A stretch of DNA of 64,000 bases from Chrysomallon squamiferum. Its lineage: Eukaryota > Animalia > Mollusca. Below are positions 61,307 to 64,000 of this stretch, piece after piece. The stretch's first letter is position 1, and the number at the start of each line of letters is the position of its first letter. Position numbers and translations under genes: made by a program. Below the pieces are notes generated by a model. It saw only the letters and a program-made list of their open reading frames with translations. It made no database searches and was not told where the DNA came from. Where the stretch lies: assembly GCA_012295275.1 (NCBI GenBank), contig CM022665.1:39680001-39744000 (forward strand). The letters run 5' to 3'.

Positions 61307-64000
61307 TTATGTTCATTTGGATCGAGTGCTTCATCTAACGCTGTCGTCTGATCCTCCTTTAGAACTAACGTTGTTTTTACATACTGTTCATGATACAGGC
61401 CTTGGTATGTGTTTTCCTGAGAAGAAGCATATGACAGATTTCACGCTGCTAACTGAAAAAGTAGAGTTATTGGCCCGTTGGCAGCGGATTTCCTTGCATT
61501 ATCTCTCTGGTAGTTATCTACACGTATAAGACCATAGATTGAAAATGTTTTTAATGGTTCACTGAACAAAACATATTTTCCTCTTCCTCTGTGATATATA
61601 ATATATAAAACCCACTTTATTATTACATGTACTCTAAAAATTCTAGGCATTTTCTATATAAAAAATGTTAATTACATCTACGCTTCAGTCGCTTTTCTTC
61701 TGAACTTAAAATACGCAAAAGTATAACGAACTCGTCCGCCAACTCCCATCTTCATATCCACTTTAAAAAATACAAAGATCTCCTCTTTATTCCGAGAACA
61801 CACAGAATTAGAAAACAGATCACAATTTTATAACTCTGGTGCCAGGTTATATCGTTCGATAAAAGTTTATATATATTTTTGATTGGTTTCTTTTTCAAGC
61901 CTGTGTGCAATAAAAATGCTATTAATGGCAATCTGCAGTTTCCATACTGATAACAGCCGTGTACGAGATTCTGGCTTGATGAAACATTAAACGAAGTCGT
62001 GTAGCAAAGCATTGGGTTTTGGGGTTAGTGATAACACATTTACACCTGTGCATCTCTCATGTCTTTGTGATTACCAAACAAAGGTATGGAAGCTCGTTAA
62101 TGTCATCATAATTTAAGTTACGCGATAGTTTTCCTCTGCTACAATTTTATATGGGTTTACAATGAAATTTATAAAAACAATATTGTCAAAGCCGTTGTTG
62201 TTACAGAGATATTTTCGAAGAGATACTCTTACGGATTCATATAATGAAATGATTAAAATTACAAAAAACAACAACTGGTGCTGCTATCATGCAAATATAT
62301 AGAAAGGCGTTCGCTCGCAAAATGGTATACAGTTATATGTGTAATTTGATATGTGTGTTTGTTTGTAAATATGACAGAAGGAGAAAGTGAAAGAGAGGAA
62401 TAGGGGCAGAAAAATAGACTGATAGACTGAAAAAGAAAGAGAGAAAAGAAAAAGACAGTTAGGCCAGATATATCCTGATATAAATAGATACTAACTGTAA
62501 TCGACCAAAAAGGTAAAAAAGAACATTATATAGAGGAGAGACTGACTATGTATCCAACTGGAATCACATGTAGTCAAGTGATACCTATCAGGTAACACTC
62601 CAGCGTGTGAAAAACCAAAAAGCTCGCTGTAGACCGCATAACCAGTGTTTCCTAGTTGATGTGCCAGCAAATGTGGTATGTCTCTTTCAGAACTAGATAT
62701 TCTCGATTACAAGACTCACATGGTTTTCACGTATAAACAATACTTATGATGTTAACTGCTTTGTACTCGATGAAATAATGTATATAAATAATAATTATAG
62801 GTGCTGAAGTCTTCAGATGTGGAAAACCAAAACGAACGAAAGGTAACATATGAAAGAATCTAACTGATAAATCTGACATCGTTTTGAAACTGTTCTTATT
62901 GTGCTTTACTGATATTAATTACAGCTATCACTATTTCTGTTACTGTTACTACTACTATTAAAATATCACCACCACCAACAACTACTGCTACTTCTAATAC
63001 TACCACTGTTAATACTACTACTTCTACAATCATCATCAGTACCACCACTGTTATTTTATCTACAGTTATTACAACTGCTGTTACTACTAGTATGCACTGT
63101 ATGTGAGAGACTGTAACTGAACGTTACATGCATGTCAGTCTAAGTGTTTCCGTAATTGTTAATCAGTATTACAACCGCGAAACAACTGTTCATGTCATTC
63201 CCCATCCTTTGTAGATCCTTACGTTTCTTTTAGTTTGTCCAGAAATCTGTATAATTATGACGTATGTCTGTTCCTTTATCTATGCGTATACTTTTAACGC
63301 AGTTTCATTTATTTCATTATTTCAGAATCAGCAATTAAATCATATCAAATATAATTTTTGGTAACTGCAGCAAGAATCATGATATCCACAATTATCAAGA
63401 TAAACAGAAATACACCTGAATTCTTTAAACTGGTCTGAGAAATGGGGATTGAATAAAGGATTCTCAGTAATTCTCAATGATGTTCAAAGAATCATGGATT
63501 CCTGCACAAATTTCCCAAAACCCAAGGGTCTAATATTATTATGTATCGCACCAGCTCTGAGTACATCAATTCTTCAGTTCTCTTTATTTACTCATTTATT
63601 TAAAAGCTCCTGTCATAACTTGCCAGCATTACGATTGATATTCAGTGTATCATCCAATGTCTATTAATTCCAGTGTAAAGGTTTATTATCCTACAGAGAA
63701 GTACAACACGCTAATTTAATTATCCTTAATACACGATCTCTGGTATCTGAAATAACAACGTACTTCTAGAAAATAGAAGAAAAAAAGAGTTGTTCGTGAT
63801 CTTTGACTGTACAGAATACTTTGAAAATACGTTGTGCGGGATAACGAGAATGTATTAATGTTTACAAAGAATGCTGATGTTTAAGATGTTCATAAATAAC
63901 ATTATATCTGCAAGAACACATTGTCATGATGAAAATATATATTGGTGTATGTTTGTGTATGTTTTTGCGTGTGTGTGTGTATGTGTGTGTATGTATGTAT

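Overview
This is AT-rich, microsatellite-dense eukaryotic DNA. It is invertebrate-like; the CaM C-terminus and SINE-like motifs suggest a mollusc, but that is inference. Almost all ORFs in the supplied track are translations of simple repeats. The real coding content is a tandem array of three spliced calmodulin-family genes on the minus strand with matching intron positions (a 28-31 nt exon in A and B, then 144 nt, 243 nt and a short last exon). Gene A (~4006-21324) is a strongly diverged CaM-like protein with four intact EF-hand loops and a 14-kb intron. Gene B (43237-49108) is near-CaM with a 5-residue C-terminal extension. Gene C (59132 to beyond 61072; 5' exons not found in the window) is near-canonical CaM but has a 1-nt insertion in exon 3 as assembled. 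Exon 3 of B and C is ~92% identical while exon 4 is ~77%, which suggests exon-limited gene conversion. Between B and C a tRNA-Leu(CAG)-like gene is split at the anticodon by a ~1.3-kb insert carrying a small ORF and tandem repeats, resembling a tRNA-targeting element. Also present: two TA-flanked Tc1/pogo-type MITEs, decayed tRNA-derived SINEs, a 37-bp minisatellite, a 104-bp palindrome and several local duplications. Counts and alignments were done by eye.
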